From contig CAZCAP010000004.1 in the NCBI GenBank assembly GCA_964496765.1, positions 22,956-54,955 on the forward strand: a stretch of 32,000 nucleotides of DNA, read 5' to 3'. Positions 24,451-32,000 of this stretch are shown here, piece by piece (position 1 is the first letter of the stretch; the number at the start of each line of letters is the position of its first letter). This DNA comes from an uncultured archaeon (lineage in GTDB: Archaea; Iainarchaeota; Iainarchaeia; Iainarchaeales; CSSED10-239). The translations under genes were made by a program, and so were the position numbers. The notes below the pieces were generated by a model. It ran no database searches. It was not told the DNA's origin and saw only the letters and a program-made list of their open reading frames with translations.

Positions 24451-25377
24451 TTATTCTTCAATTTTCACTAGTTTTTCTTCTTTTATTTCAATAGTTTCAG
24501 TTTCTTCGTTTTTTGCATCAGCAACATCTTGTTTTTCAGGAGCAGCAATCTCAGTTACTTTCTTTTTAGAAACCTTTTTTTCAGCAACCTTATCTTTTTT
24601 AACTATGTTGGTTTTGGTTTCTTCTTTTGAAACTATTTTTTTTGTTTTTTTAACGATTTTTACTTTTGAGTCTTCTTTTTCCTCAATAGTAACATCTTCT
24701 TTATTTGTTTTTTCTACATTTTCTATTTTTTCTTTTCTTTTTTCTAAAATTTCTTCTTCTAGTTTAATTTTAAACTCTGTTGCTAATTTTTTAACATCAA
24801 CCTTATCACTAAATAGAATATCTGGTGTAACTATTCTAAGTGTAATTCCTATTGTTCCAAGTCCAGGAAATGTGGTTTTTTTTTCACAAAGAACTAAATT
24901 TTTTTGATCTCCTGCTTTTTTCATATATCCAAAAAAGAATCTAGATTTTCTTTTTCTTTGTCCCTTACCACTTGTGTTTCCTTTTGCTATGATTTCAGCA
25001 CCAATTGCACCCGCTTCTTTAATTCCCTTAAGTGCATTATAAACAACTGTTTTCCAAGCAATTCCTCTTCCTATTTGGTTTTGTATGGATTCCATAATTA
25101 CTTTTGCATCAAGATTTCTATTTAAAATTTCCCCAATTTCTATATGTATCTTACTTAACCCAAATTGATTTTCAAGATCATCAGTAAGTCCTCTAATATT
25201 AGACCCTTTCTTTCCAATAATGAAACCAGGTTTCAGCGCATAAATAACTATCCTTGTGTATAGTGATGTTTTCATAACCTCCACATCAACAAAGCCTGCG
25301 CCCTTAAGTCTTTTCTTTAGAAAATTTGATATAGCTATCTTTTTCAGCTTATCCTTAATAAAAATATTTTCTTTCAA
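24451..25377 (-). CDS. rps3: Ribosomal protein uS3 with ~96-aa K/E-rich C-terminal tail
   Basis: KH domain 'RIVIYALKPGFIIGKKGSNIRGLTDDLENQFGL', 'GAIGAEIIAKGNTSGKGQRKRKSRFFFGYMKKAG'. Confidence 0.96.
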   Translation of the reverse strand: MKENIFIKDKLKKIAISNFLKKRLKGAGFVDVEVMKTSLYTRIVIYALKPGFIIGKKGSNIRGLTDDLENQFGLSKIHIEIGEILNRNLDAKVIMESIQNQIGRGIAWKTVVYNALKGIKEAGAIGAEIIAKGNTSGKGQRKRKSRFFFGYMKKAGDQKNLVLCEKKTTFPGLGTIGITLRIVTPDILFSDKVDVKKLATEFKIKLEEEILEKRKEKIENVEKTNKEDVTIEEKEDSKVKIVKKTKKIVSKEETKTNIVKKDKVAEKKVSKKKVTEIAAPEKQDVADAKNEETETIEIKEEKLVKIEE

Positions 25378-25380
25378 GAT

Positions 25381-25848
25381 TTATTCCTCCAAAACAATAA
25401 CTTCTATGTTTGTGGATTTACTTTTTCTGTTTTTTCCGGAAATTCTACCAAGAGGTTGCATTTTGCTTCTTTGTACACCCTTGGTTGCAAACATATGTAT
25501 TATTCTTAATTTCTCTGCATCTAAATTTTTGTTTTCTGCGTTTGCTTTAACCTCTTCTAAAAGCTTCTTAATTTCAAAAGCTGCCTTAACTGGAAATCTA
25601 CCAGCTGGGGTTCCACGCTTAACATCCCCTTTTCTATGTGGCACTTTCTTTCTAAATCTAACAAGTGGGAGGTGTTCTTTCATATCAACAATATTTGATG
25701 CTATGATAATTGCTCTATCCAGTTTTTTGCCCATAAAGTAATTTGAAAATTCAATACTATATTTACTTGAAATTGGTAAATTTACTCTTTGGGATTTTGC
25801 TGATCTCTTTGGATCAATTGGTTTCTGATAATTAAAATTATGAACCAT
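25381..25848 (-). CDS. rpl22: Ribosomal protein uL22
   Basis: INLPISSKYSIEFSNYFMGKKLDRAIIIASNIV...HRKGDVKRGTPAGRFPVKAAFEIKKLLEEVKANAENKNL. Confidence 0.94.
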   Translation of the reverse strand: MVHNFNYQKPIDPKRSAKSQRVNLPISSKYSIEFSNYFMGKKLDRAIIIASNIVDMKEHLPLVRFRKKVPHRKGDVKRGTPAGRFPVKAAFEIKKLLEEVKANAENKNLDAEKLRIIHMFATKGVQRSKMQPLGRISGKNRKSKSTNIEVIVLEE

Positions 25849-25857
25849 ATTATCACT

Positions 25858-26241
25858 TTACTTTCTCTCGCTTATTGCTGTACTTGATTTTGTTGCACCA
25901 ATACCAGCTTTACCGTGTCTTACTCTTTTTCTTGTGAATGCAAATTCACCTAAATAATGTCCAAGCATTTCTATTTGAATATCCACAGGAACAAATTCCT
26001 TACCATTATAAACTTGTATTTTCTTCCCAACCATTTTTGGAATTACAATTGAATCTCTTCTATGAGTTCTTATGTTTGTATCCATTTTTCTTTGGGTTTC
26101 AAATCTTTGATAGAACTGGGAATTACCATCTCTTAAAAGTGTTCTTCTTGCTCTTGATGTGGTAATTTGAGCAAAATCTCTTAGAGACATTTTTTTCAAT
26201 TCTTCAAGTGTTTTTCCTTTATAGTTAATTTCAGAATCCAT
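25858..26241 (-). CDS. rps19: Ribosomal protein uS19
   Basis: IRTHRRDSIVIPKMVGKKIQVYNGKEFVPVDIQIEMLGHYLGEFAFTRKRVRHGKAGIGAT. Confidence 0.96.
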   Translation of the reverse strand: MDSEINYKGKTLEELKKMSLRDFAQITTSRARRTLLRDGNSQFYQRFETQRKMDTNIRTHRRDSIVIPKMVGKKIQVYNGKEFVPVDIQIEMLGHYLGEFAFTRKRVRHGKAGIGATKSSTAISERK

Positions 26242-26289
26242 TTTAATTTCACGTTTTTTATTTATATAAATATTAAAAAAGAAGAAATA

Positions 26290-26994
26290 TCACTTCTTCT
26301 TTCTTCCACTCCTACTTGCTGCAATTGAACCAACCTTTCTTCCAGCAGGATCATGCCTTGATGTTGATTTTGAGTGACCTACGTGATGCTGAGATCCACC
26401 AAAAGGATGATCAACAGCATTCATTGCAACACCTCTTACTCTTGGGTAAGGTTTACCTTTTGCCTTCATTGCATGGAATTTATTACCCGCAGTTACAAAT
26501 GGTTTATTTGTTCTACCACTTGATGCAGTAAAACCAATTGTTGCACGTGCGTTTAATGGGAATGATTTTATTTTACCTGATGGCAATTTCACTAGCACAT
26601 TATCTTTCTTTGATACTAGTGTAGCATATTGCCCACTTGCTCTTGCAAATTTCCCACCATCTCCAAAAGTTTTTTCAATATTAAATATTTTTGTTCCAGC
26701 ATCTACATCTCCTAAAAACAAAACATTACCAACTTTTTGTATTGCTCCCTTTCCAAATTCAATTTTTTGTCCAGAAATCAATCCATCTGCACAAATTAAG
26801 TTTGTTTTAGTTCCATTTTCTAAAAGGATTTCAACAAGTGGAGCAGATCTTATTGGATCAGTAAACATATTAATAACCTGTCCAACAATCTTATCAGTAA
26901 ATAATTCATAATTAACATCGCATTTTGAATGTATTGTTGCTTTATATTTTGGAGAACCTTTTCCTCTTCTCTGTAATTTAAGTCTTCTACCCAT
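26290..26994 (-). CDS. rpl2: Ribosomal protein uL2
   Basis: MGRRLKLQRRGKGSPKY...GRTNKPFVTAGNKFHAMKAKGKPYPRVRGVAMNAVDHPFGGSQHHVGHSKS. Confidence 0.97.
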   Translation of the reverse strand: MGRRLKLQRRGKGSPKYKATIHSKCDVNYELFTDKIVGQVINMFTDPIRSAPLVEILLENGTKTNLICADGLISGQKIEFGKGAIQKVGNVLFLGDVDAGTKIFNIEKTFGDGGKFARASGQYATLVSKKDNVLVKLPSGKIKSFPLNARATIGFTASSGRTNKPFVTAGNKFHAMKAKGKPYPRVRGVAMNAVDHPFGGSQHHVGHSKSTSRHDPAGRKVGSIAASRSGRKKK

Positions 26995-27011
26995 ATCCTA
27001 TCAACTTTAAT

Positions 27012-27332
27012 TTATATAATACCAAGCTTGTTTGCAACTTCCTGTGCATTACTTGTTTTTGCAAGAGTAACAAATGCTTTTTTTCTATTTTTCATATCAA
27101 ATAACACATTCACTTTTGAAACCTTAACATTATACATTTTTTCTGTAGCTTCTTTTATTTGTACTTTTGTTGCTTTATTTGCAACTATAAAGGTTAAACG
27201 ATTTTCTTTTGTTATTAAATCAACTGCTTTTTCAGTAATTACAGGATATTCAATTATTTCATAATATTCTGTTTTTTTAACAGGTTTAATAGTTTTGAAT
27301 TTTTTTTGCTTAATTTTTATATTTTTAGCCAT
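27012..27332 (-). CDS. rpl23: Ribosomal protein uL23
   Basis: EIIEYPVITEKAVDLITKENRLTFIVANKATKVQIKEATEKMYNVKVSKVNVL. Confidence 0.95.
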   Translation of the reverse strand: MAKNIKIKQKKFKTIKPVKKTEYYEIIEYPVITEKAVDLITKENRLTFIVANKATKVQIKEATEKMYNVKVSKVNVLFDMKNRKKAFVTLAKTSNAQEVANKLGII

Positions 27333-27343
27333 ATGTGTTTCAC

Positions 27344-28153
27344 CTAACTAAACCTTTCTTGAAGCTTATTAATTGCATCCTCTGAGAAGATAGTTAGTCT
27401 ACCAGCGTGTGTTCCTGGAGCAAGCTCCTTAACAGAAACAAACTTTGCACTAGTAACATCTACTCCTTCAAGGTTAGTAAATGCTTTATAATTCTTAGAA
27501 TCACCAAGGATGAAAAGAATACTTTTTCTTTTCTTATATCTTCTTCCTCTCATCTTTCCTTTACCAGCTCTTTCTGTTTTTGCTTCTTTTGCTTTCTCAA
27601 TATTCTCAGAAAGACCAATTTTTTCAAGGAATGAATAAACATCTTTTGTTTTTTCTAGGTTTTCTATATTTTTTTCAATAATTATAGGAAGTTTAATTCC
27701 TTCTGGAATCTTACTACCTCTAGTAATTACTAGAGCAGGATTTGCTGTTGCTCCAATAGCTGAAAGAATAGCTTTTGTTCTTTCCTTTGAATTTATTTTT
27801 TTAATAAGTATTTTTGCAATCTTAGGTGGATGTGCAGAAGGACCTCCAACAGCGTGTGATACACCAGCAACACGACCAGCCATTAGTACTCTTCTATTTT
27901 TAAGTCTTGGGAGTCTTGCGTGTCCAGTGTTAATACTTTTATTCATTGGAGAACCATATTTTCTTGAACCATTATAATAAGCTGTGTTAAGTCTGTTTGA
28001 GTATGGAGAAACGCCTTTTGGTTGGTAATCCTTACTCTGACTAGAGATTACAGCCTTTTTAATTAGGTCAGGTCTATAAGATTCTTCAAAGAAGTTTGGG
28101 ATTTCTATTTCCTTTACAACTTTCCCTTCAAGATTATAAACATTTGTTTTCAT
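27344..28153 (-). CDS. rpl4: Ribosomal protein uL4
   Basis: INTGHARLPRLKNRRVLMAGRVAGVSHAVGGPSAHPPKIAKILIKKINSKER; 'GKGKMRGRRYKKRKSILFIL'. Confidence 0.96.
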   Translation of the reverse strand: MKTNVYNLEGKVVKEIEIPNFFEESYRPDLIKKAVISSQSKDYQPKGVSPYSNRLNTAYYNGSRKYGSPMNKSINTGHARLPRLKNRRVLMAGRVAGVSHAVGGPSAHPPKIAKILIKKINSKERTKAILSAIGATANPALVITRGSKIPEGIKLPIIIEKNIENLEKTKDVYSFLEKIGLSENIEKAKEAKTERAGKGKMRGRRYKKRKSILFILGDSKNYKAFTNLEGVDVTSAKFVSVKELAPGTHAGRLTIFSEDAINKLQERFS

Positions 28154-28179
28154 GTTAATTCCTACTTATTAAATTTAAA

Positions 28180-29166
28180 TTATCTCGCAATGTAGCTTAC
28201 ATCAACTACTTCTGTCATTTTTCTTGTGGGTCTTATTGCGTTTCTTAGAGCCACAATTCTTTTAGCTGGACCAGGAATAGTTCCTGCAACAAGTACACAA
28301 CTATTCTTAACTACACCATAGTTTCCAAATCCACCTTTTCTATTAACCTTTGTTGGATCTGTTTCTATAGAAATAAGTTTTTTATTAAATGTTGTTCTAT
28401 TATGGAATCCATGTTGACCTGCTCTTGCAACTGTGAACATTACGGTTGCAGGATGCCATGGGCCAATTGAACCAACATGTCTTTGGTGTTGCTGGCATTT
28501 TGGTCTTTGTACTTTAATACCAAATCTTTTTACAGGACCAGTAAAGCCATGTCCTTTTGTAATTGATTTAACATCAAGATAGGTATCTGGTTTAGTCATT
28601 TCACTAATTAATATTGATTTGTTAAATTTATCTTTAAAATAGTTTATTTTTTCTTCAAATGTTCCTGATAAGATGATTTCAAAAACAACTGGCTTCTTTT
28701 GACCTGTTGTAGTTGCCTTTAAATCAAGTGCACATAATAGAACTAGATCATCAGCTTCATCTTTCTTTTTTAATAGATCATCAACAGGATTTGATTTGTC
28801 TTTAGACTTATTACCTGTTATTCTTTTAGAAAGAAGGTGATCGCGAACTAAAAATTCATAAATTGATTTTTTTCCAGAAATAGAAGAATTTGATTTATAT
28901 AATCTTGCTCCAATAACCTTGAGGCTTGGAGTTTCAATAATAGAAACAGGAACAGCAACTTCTTGACCATAGCTGGAGGAGTTCTTATGAGCGTCCTTGG
29001 CTATTATATGGGTCATTCCAACCTTTACACCATAATAACAAAGTAGTTTACATTCCTTTTGATCAGAGAAGTCTCCAAATGTATTAAACTTTGGGACAAT
29101 GCTTTTTGCTTTTACTCTTGGGTAAAACGCCATTGAACCATTTCTTGGTTTTGTTCCGCTTGCCAT
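28180..29166 (-). CDS. rpl3: Ribosomal protein uL3
   Basis: GTKPRNGSMAFYPRVKAKS...DVKSITKGHGFTGPVKRFGIKVQRPKCQQHQRHVGSIGPWHPATVMFTVARAGQHGFHNRT. Confidence 0.97.
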   Translation of the reverse strand: MASGTKPRNGSMAFYPRVKAKSIVPKFNTFGDFSDQKECKLLCYYGVKVGMTHIIAKDAHKNSSSYGQEVAVPVSIIETPSLKVIGARLYKSNSSISGKKSIYEFLVRDHLLSKRITGNKSKDKSNPVDDLLKKKDEADDLVLLCALDLKATTTGQKKPVVFEIILSGTFEEKINYFKDKFNKSILISEMTKPDTYLDVKSITKGHGFTGPVKRFGIKVQRPKCQQHQRHVGSIGPWHPATVMFTVARAGQHGFHNRTTFNKKLISIETDPTKVNRKGGFGNYGVVKNSCVLVAGTIPGPAKRIVALRNAIRPTRKMTEVVDVSYIAR

Positions 29167-29280
29167 AAATTACACACTTTTTTATTTTTAATTTTTGGGA
29201 CTAATAGCACAAATCACTATAATCCAAAAAACAATCCTATTTTTGTTTTTTAAAAAAACATATAACACAACTGCTTTGTA

Positions 29281-29295
29281 TTTATATGTTAACCA
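29281..29295 (-). promoter_or_regulatory. Candidate uL3-operon promoter: GTTAAC immediately upstream of TATA-like ATATAAATA
   Basis: Minus strand GTTAACATATAAATAC, ~120 bp upstream of the uL3 ATG. Confidence 0.5.
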
Positions 29296-29317
29296 ATTTT
29301 TTATAAAATGGTTAATA
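29291..29317. repeat. Inverted repeat TTAACCA-N13-TGGTTAA upstream of the uL3 promoter
   Basis: Perfect 7-bp arms at 29291..29297 and 29311..29317. Confidence 0.6.
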
Positions 29318-29541
29318 CTGTACGACTGTTAACATGCAGTGTACAAAGCTTAAATATTTTTAAATTATATAATAATTGTTCGGAAATATTTATAAATGGT
29401 TTGTTTTTTTCCTCATAACCCTGGACAAAAAACGTATTAAAAATATATAACTCCTACTTTTTTGCTTTAATTCTAAAAAGAAGGCAGCTAAATACTCATT
29501 TTCAATTTTTAACGTAAATTTAACGACTACTAAAAAATTTT

Positions 29542-32000
29542 CTAAACCCTTCTGTATCTTGATCTCCTTATCAAATATCCAGCAATAGCTATAATTAAAA
29601 TTATTAAAACCATTAATCCAATTGTTCCTGAAACAGTAGTAAATGTAAAGAATGCAGTTAATCCTTTTCTTTTATTATCATCTGCAGAATAGGTTGCAAG
29701 ATCACTTTCAATTAATTTTTGTGATTGTTGATCAATAACATCAAAGGCAATTGAATCGTTATCTTCTAGTTTATTCTTTGTAACAATTTTGTATTCTATG
29801 GTTTTACTTTCATCACCATTAATTGTAAATAATTTATTTCCATCAATAACTGTATTTTCATCAACCTTGAAAACAATTTCAAGATCTTTTGCAACAGAGC
29901 TATTATTCTTTAATGTAATTTTAAGATTATATGCGTTCTCAAAATCATTTATCATCATCAAACTATTTCCAATAATTTGAACATCAGAAAGAATTGGTGT
30001 TAAATCAACAGTTACTTGGCTCTTTGAAAGTAATGTATTTGATTCGTATAATTCAAAATATCCATTATATTTAGTCTTTATTGCATCTTCAGGAATAACA
30101 ATTCCAAAATATATTGTTTTGGTTTGGTTACTTCCTATTAAGTATCTGTCTGTGCTTCTTGTTTGATTATCAACTAGATCAACGTTAATCAAACTATCGC
30201 TTTCATAAATCTTCCAGGTATCTGGAAGTCCAGCAAGCTTAATAACAATGTTTTTTTCTGTGTTATAGGTGTTTAGTACAGATACATTTGTTAAAGTTCT
30301 TGTTTTTTCAGGGGTGATCACAGCAGGATAGGAGGTAAGCATTATTTTCATGTCTGGAGACACTGAAGGGTTTAATTTAGTGATGTAGGTCTTATCTTCG
30401 CATCCATTTAATTTAACTGTATAAGCCACATAGGTGGGATTATTGAAATTAGTAAGAGCTAAAGTTCTTGTGAAATCATCATACCCTTCAAGATAGATAA
30501 CAGGGGTATCAACAACTGCACCATAGGTAGATATATCTATAGTACCACCGTTCAATGATTTATTATTAAATGCTAAATATATTGATTCGCGTGCATTTGA
30601 TATATTTTGAGTTGCAGGGTAATTTATTTCAAAATCACAATTACTTGCTTGAAAATTAATGTTATCTCTTGTGGTTATTGTTCCTTCTGTTGTTCTTGTG
30701 TAATCACAGCTGTCTCCATCAACAAACTTACCAGCAACATATAAATCAGCAGAGCCTTCTCCGGTTACTCCAACTCTAACATATTTAATTGAGTTTGGTT
30801 TTATTGTTGCAGTCTTATCAATAACATTAACATTAAGTCCATTCTTATTTAGAACAAGCACATTATTTAATCCAAACTCCTTATTTGTATTGTTTTTAAT
30901 TGTAATATTATTTGTGCCAGCAACTACTTTTTGACCTTGAACTATGATATTTGAACACATGTCTGATGAATCTAGATTATTTATTGTGAAATCAGATTTT
31001 ATATCTGAATAGCTACAACTAATCCCGTTATTAAATCTACCAACTAAGGATATTCTTGCTTTTGATGAAATTGTTGTTGTTACAGGTAAGGTCTTAAGAT
31101 TAAAATTTATAGATGTTTGTGAACTTGGATTAACTACGTAGCTCATTGTATTTTTTACAACATCAGAAAAGCTAGAGTTATCAGAGATGCTTATGTCACT
31201 TATATTAAACTTACTTCCTGATCTATTTAATACATAAAATCCATTTGCAGTCGTATAATCCTCAGTAGTATTTTCTTTTTGGGAGATATTAGAAGTAAAT
31301 ATTTGGATTTGTGAACACTCACTAGAACTATTATTTGAAGTATTGTTTATTCTTACTGAAAGATCAACTACTTTTTTACAATGTTTATCTTCACGACCTG
31401 ATCTTTTCATACAACCATCAACAGTAAGCTTTATTTCTTCAGTAATGTAATTACTAACCTCATCAGTATCTAATCTTAGTCTTATTTTCCCAGAACTATC
31501 GCTTTTAACTGATGATGGATCATAGGTTACATCTGCACTAATATGATCAGAATCTTTAACACTAGTTTTTTCAATAACATAATCATAGTCATTTGAATGA
31601 TTTTCAATAGTTATCTCTTTTGTTTCTGTATCATCCTCATTCATTGTTAGATTTATATTTTTAAAATAAATGTCTGAACAATCTGCATTGCTTGAATTTT
31701 CTCCATCTTCTATATGATAGTATACAGTATATTGTTTTGTGCAGGTTAGGTTATCATATCTTGCATTAACTGTAACATCAAATGAACCTGAATAATCAGA
31801 ATCAATAGTGTCTGCTGTCATATCAATATTTGCGGATCTAGTTCCATAGCTTCCTATGGTATATGGATAATCAATGTTATCTATATCTAAATTAGTTGGG
31901 TTTGTTGTTGTTACTGAAGTGATTGTTAACTCCTTGTCAACTGTATTAATCATATATAAGTAGTAATTATAGGAATCATCTTCCTGTAAATAAATATCTT
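29542..32000 (-). CDS. Large surface/extracellular protein with beta-sandwich-like repeats and C-terminal membrane anchor (partial; 5' end beyond the window)
   Basis: Asn/Thr/Ser-rich ectodomain, many NxS/T sequons, paired Cys, C-terminal 'FFTFTTVSGTIGLMVLIILIIAIAGYLIRRSRYRRV'. Upstream of the listed Met (31953) the frame stays open to the edge (...DIYLQEDDSYNYYLYMINT...). Confidence 0.8.
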   Translation of the reverse strand, partial: DIYLQEDDSYNYYLYMINTVDKELTITSVTTTNPTNLDIDNIDYPYTIGSYGTRSANIDMTADTIDSDYSGSFDVTVNARYDNLTCTKQYTVYYHIEDGENSSNADCSDIYFKNINLTMNEDDTETKEITIENHSNDYDYVIEKTSVKDSDHISADVTYDPSSVKSDSSGKIRLRLDTDEVSNYITEEIKLTVDGCMKRSGREDKHCKKVVDLSVRINNTSNNSSSECSQIQIFTSNISQKENTTEDYTTANGFYVLNRSGSKFNISDISISDNSSFSDVVKNTMSYVVNPSSQTSINFNLKTLPVTTTISSKARISLVGRFNNGISCSYSDIKSDFTINNLDSSDMCSNIIVQGQKVVAGTNNITIKNNTNKEFGLNNVLVLNKNGLNVNVIDKTATIKPNSIKYVRVGVTGEGSADLYVAGKFVDGDSCDYTRTTEGTITTRDNINFQASNCDFEINYPATQNISNARESIYLAFNNKSLNGGTIDISTYGAVVDTPVIYLEGYDDFTRTLALTNFNNPTYVAYTVKLNGCEDKTYITKLNPSVSPDMKIMLTSYPAVITPEKTRTLTNVSVLNTYNTEKNIVIKLAGLPDTWKIYESDSLINVDLVDNQTRSTDRYLIGSNQTKTIYFGIVIPEDAIKTKYNGYFELYESNTLLSKSQVTVDLTPILSDVQIIGNSLMMINDFENAYNLKITLKNNSSVAKDLEIVFKVDENTVIDGNKLFTINGDESKTIEYKIVTKNKLEDNDSIAFDVIDQQSQKLIESDLATYSADDNKRKGLTAFFTFTTVSGTIGLMVLIILIIAIAGYLIRRSRYRRV

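Noticed and set aside
29789-29980. Plus-strand ORF within the surface protein gene
   Set aside because: Antisense to a long continuous ORF with a clear TM anchor; no RBS or recognisable domain.

Overview
AT-rich archaeal window, probably from a DPANN-type lineage given the compact gene set and the loss of usual operon members such as ndk, adk, cmk and truB (inference). Almost every gene is on the minus strand. Read in the minus direction the order is: a large surface protein running off the right edge; uL3-uL4-uL23-uL2-uS19-uL22-uS3-uL29-SUI1-Rpp29-uS17-uL14-uL24-eS4-uL5-uS14-uS8-uL6-eL32-eL19-uL18-uS5-uL30-uL15-SecY-DUF106/EMC3-like-eL34-eL14-uS13-uS4-uS11-Rpo3-tRNA-Leu(UAA)-eL18-uL13-uS9-Rpo10-uS2; a TrmB-type regulator; then eL8(L7Ae)-micro-ORF-eS28-eL24-aIF5B-eS6-small ORF-aIF2gamma-PIN-RpiB-Rpo7-Spt4-eS24-eS31; then a CPBP protease-like protein and a stand-alone ThrRS-type anticodon-binding domain. 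I found no CRISPR array, transposon or defence/anti-defence cassette. Most of the window is conserved translation machinery. The points most worth a second look are: (1) a 58-aa pure (EEPKV/EETKV)n micro-ORF between L7Ae and eS28, whose flanks form a near-identical ~54-bp direct repeat 200 bp apart; (2) long low-complexity charged tails on eS24, L7Ae and uS3; (3) a candidate L7Ae-binding k-turn enclosing the L7Ae Shine-Dalgarno; (4) a basic 53-aa small ORF between eS6 and aIF2gamma that the ORF track omits; (5) an isolated ThrRS anticodon-binding domain; (6) paired GTTAAC sites directly upstream of the TATA-like boxes of TrmB and uL3. The short eL14 gene, also absent from the ORF track, was recovered by hand translation.
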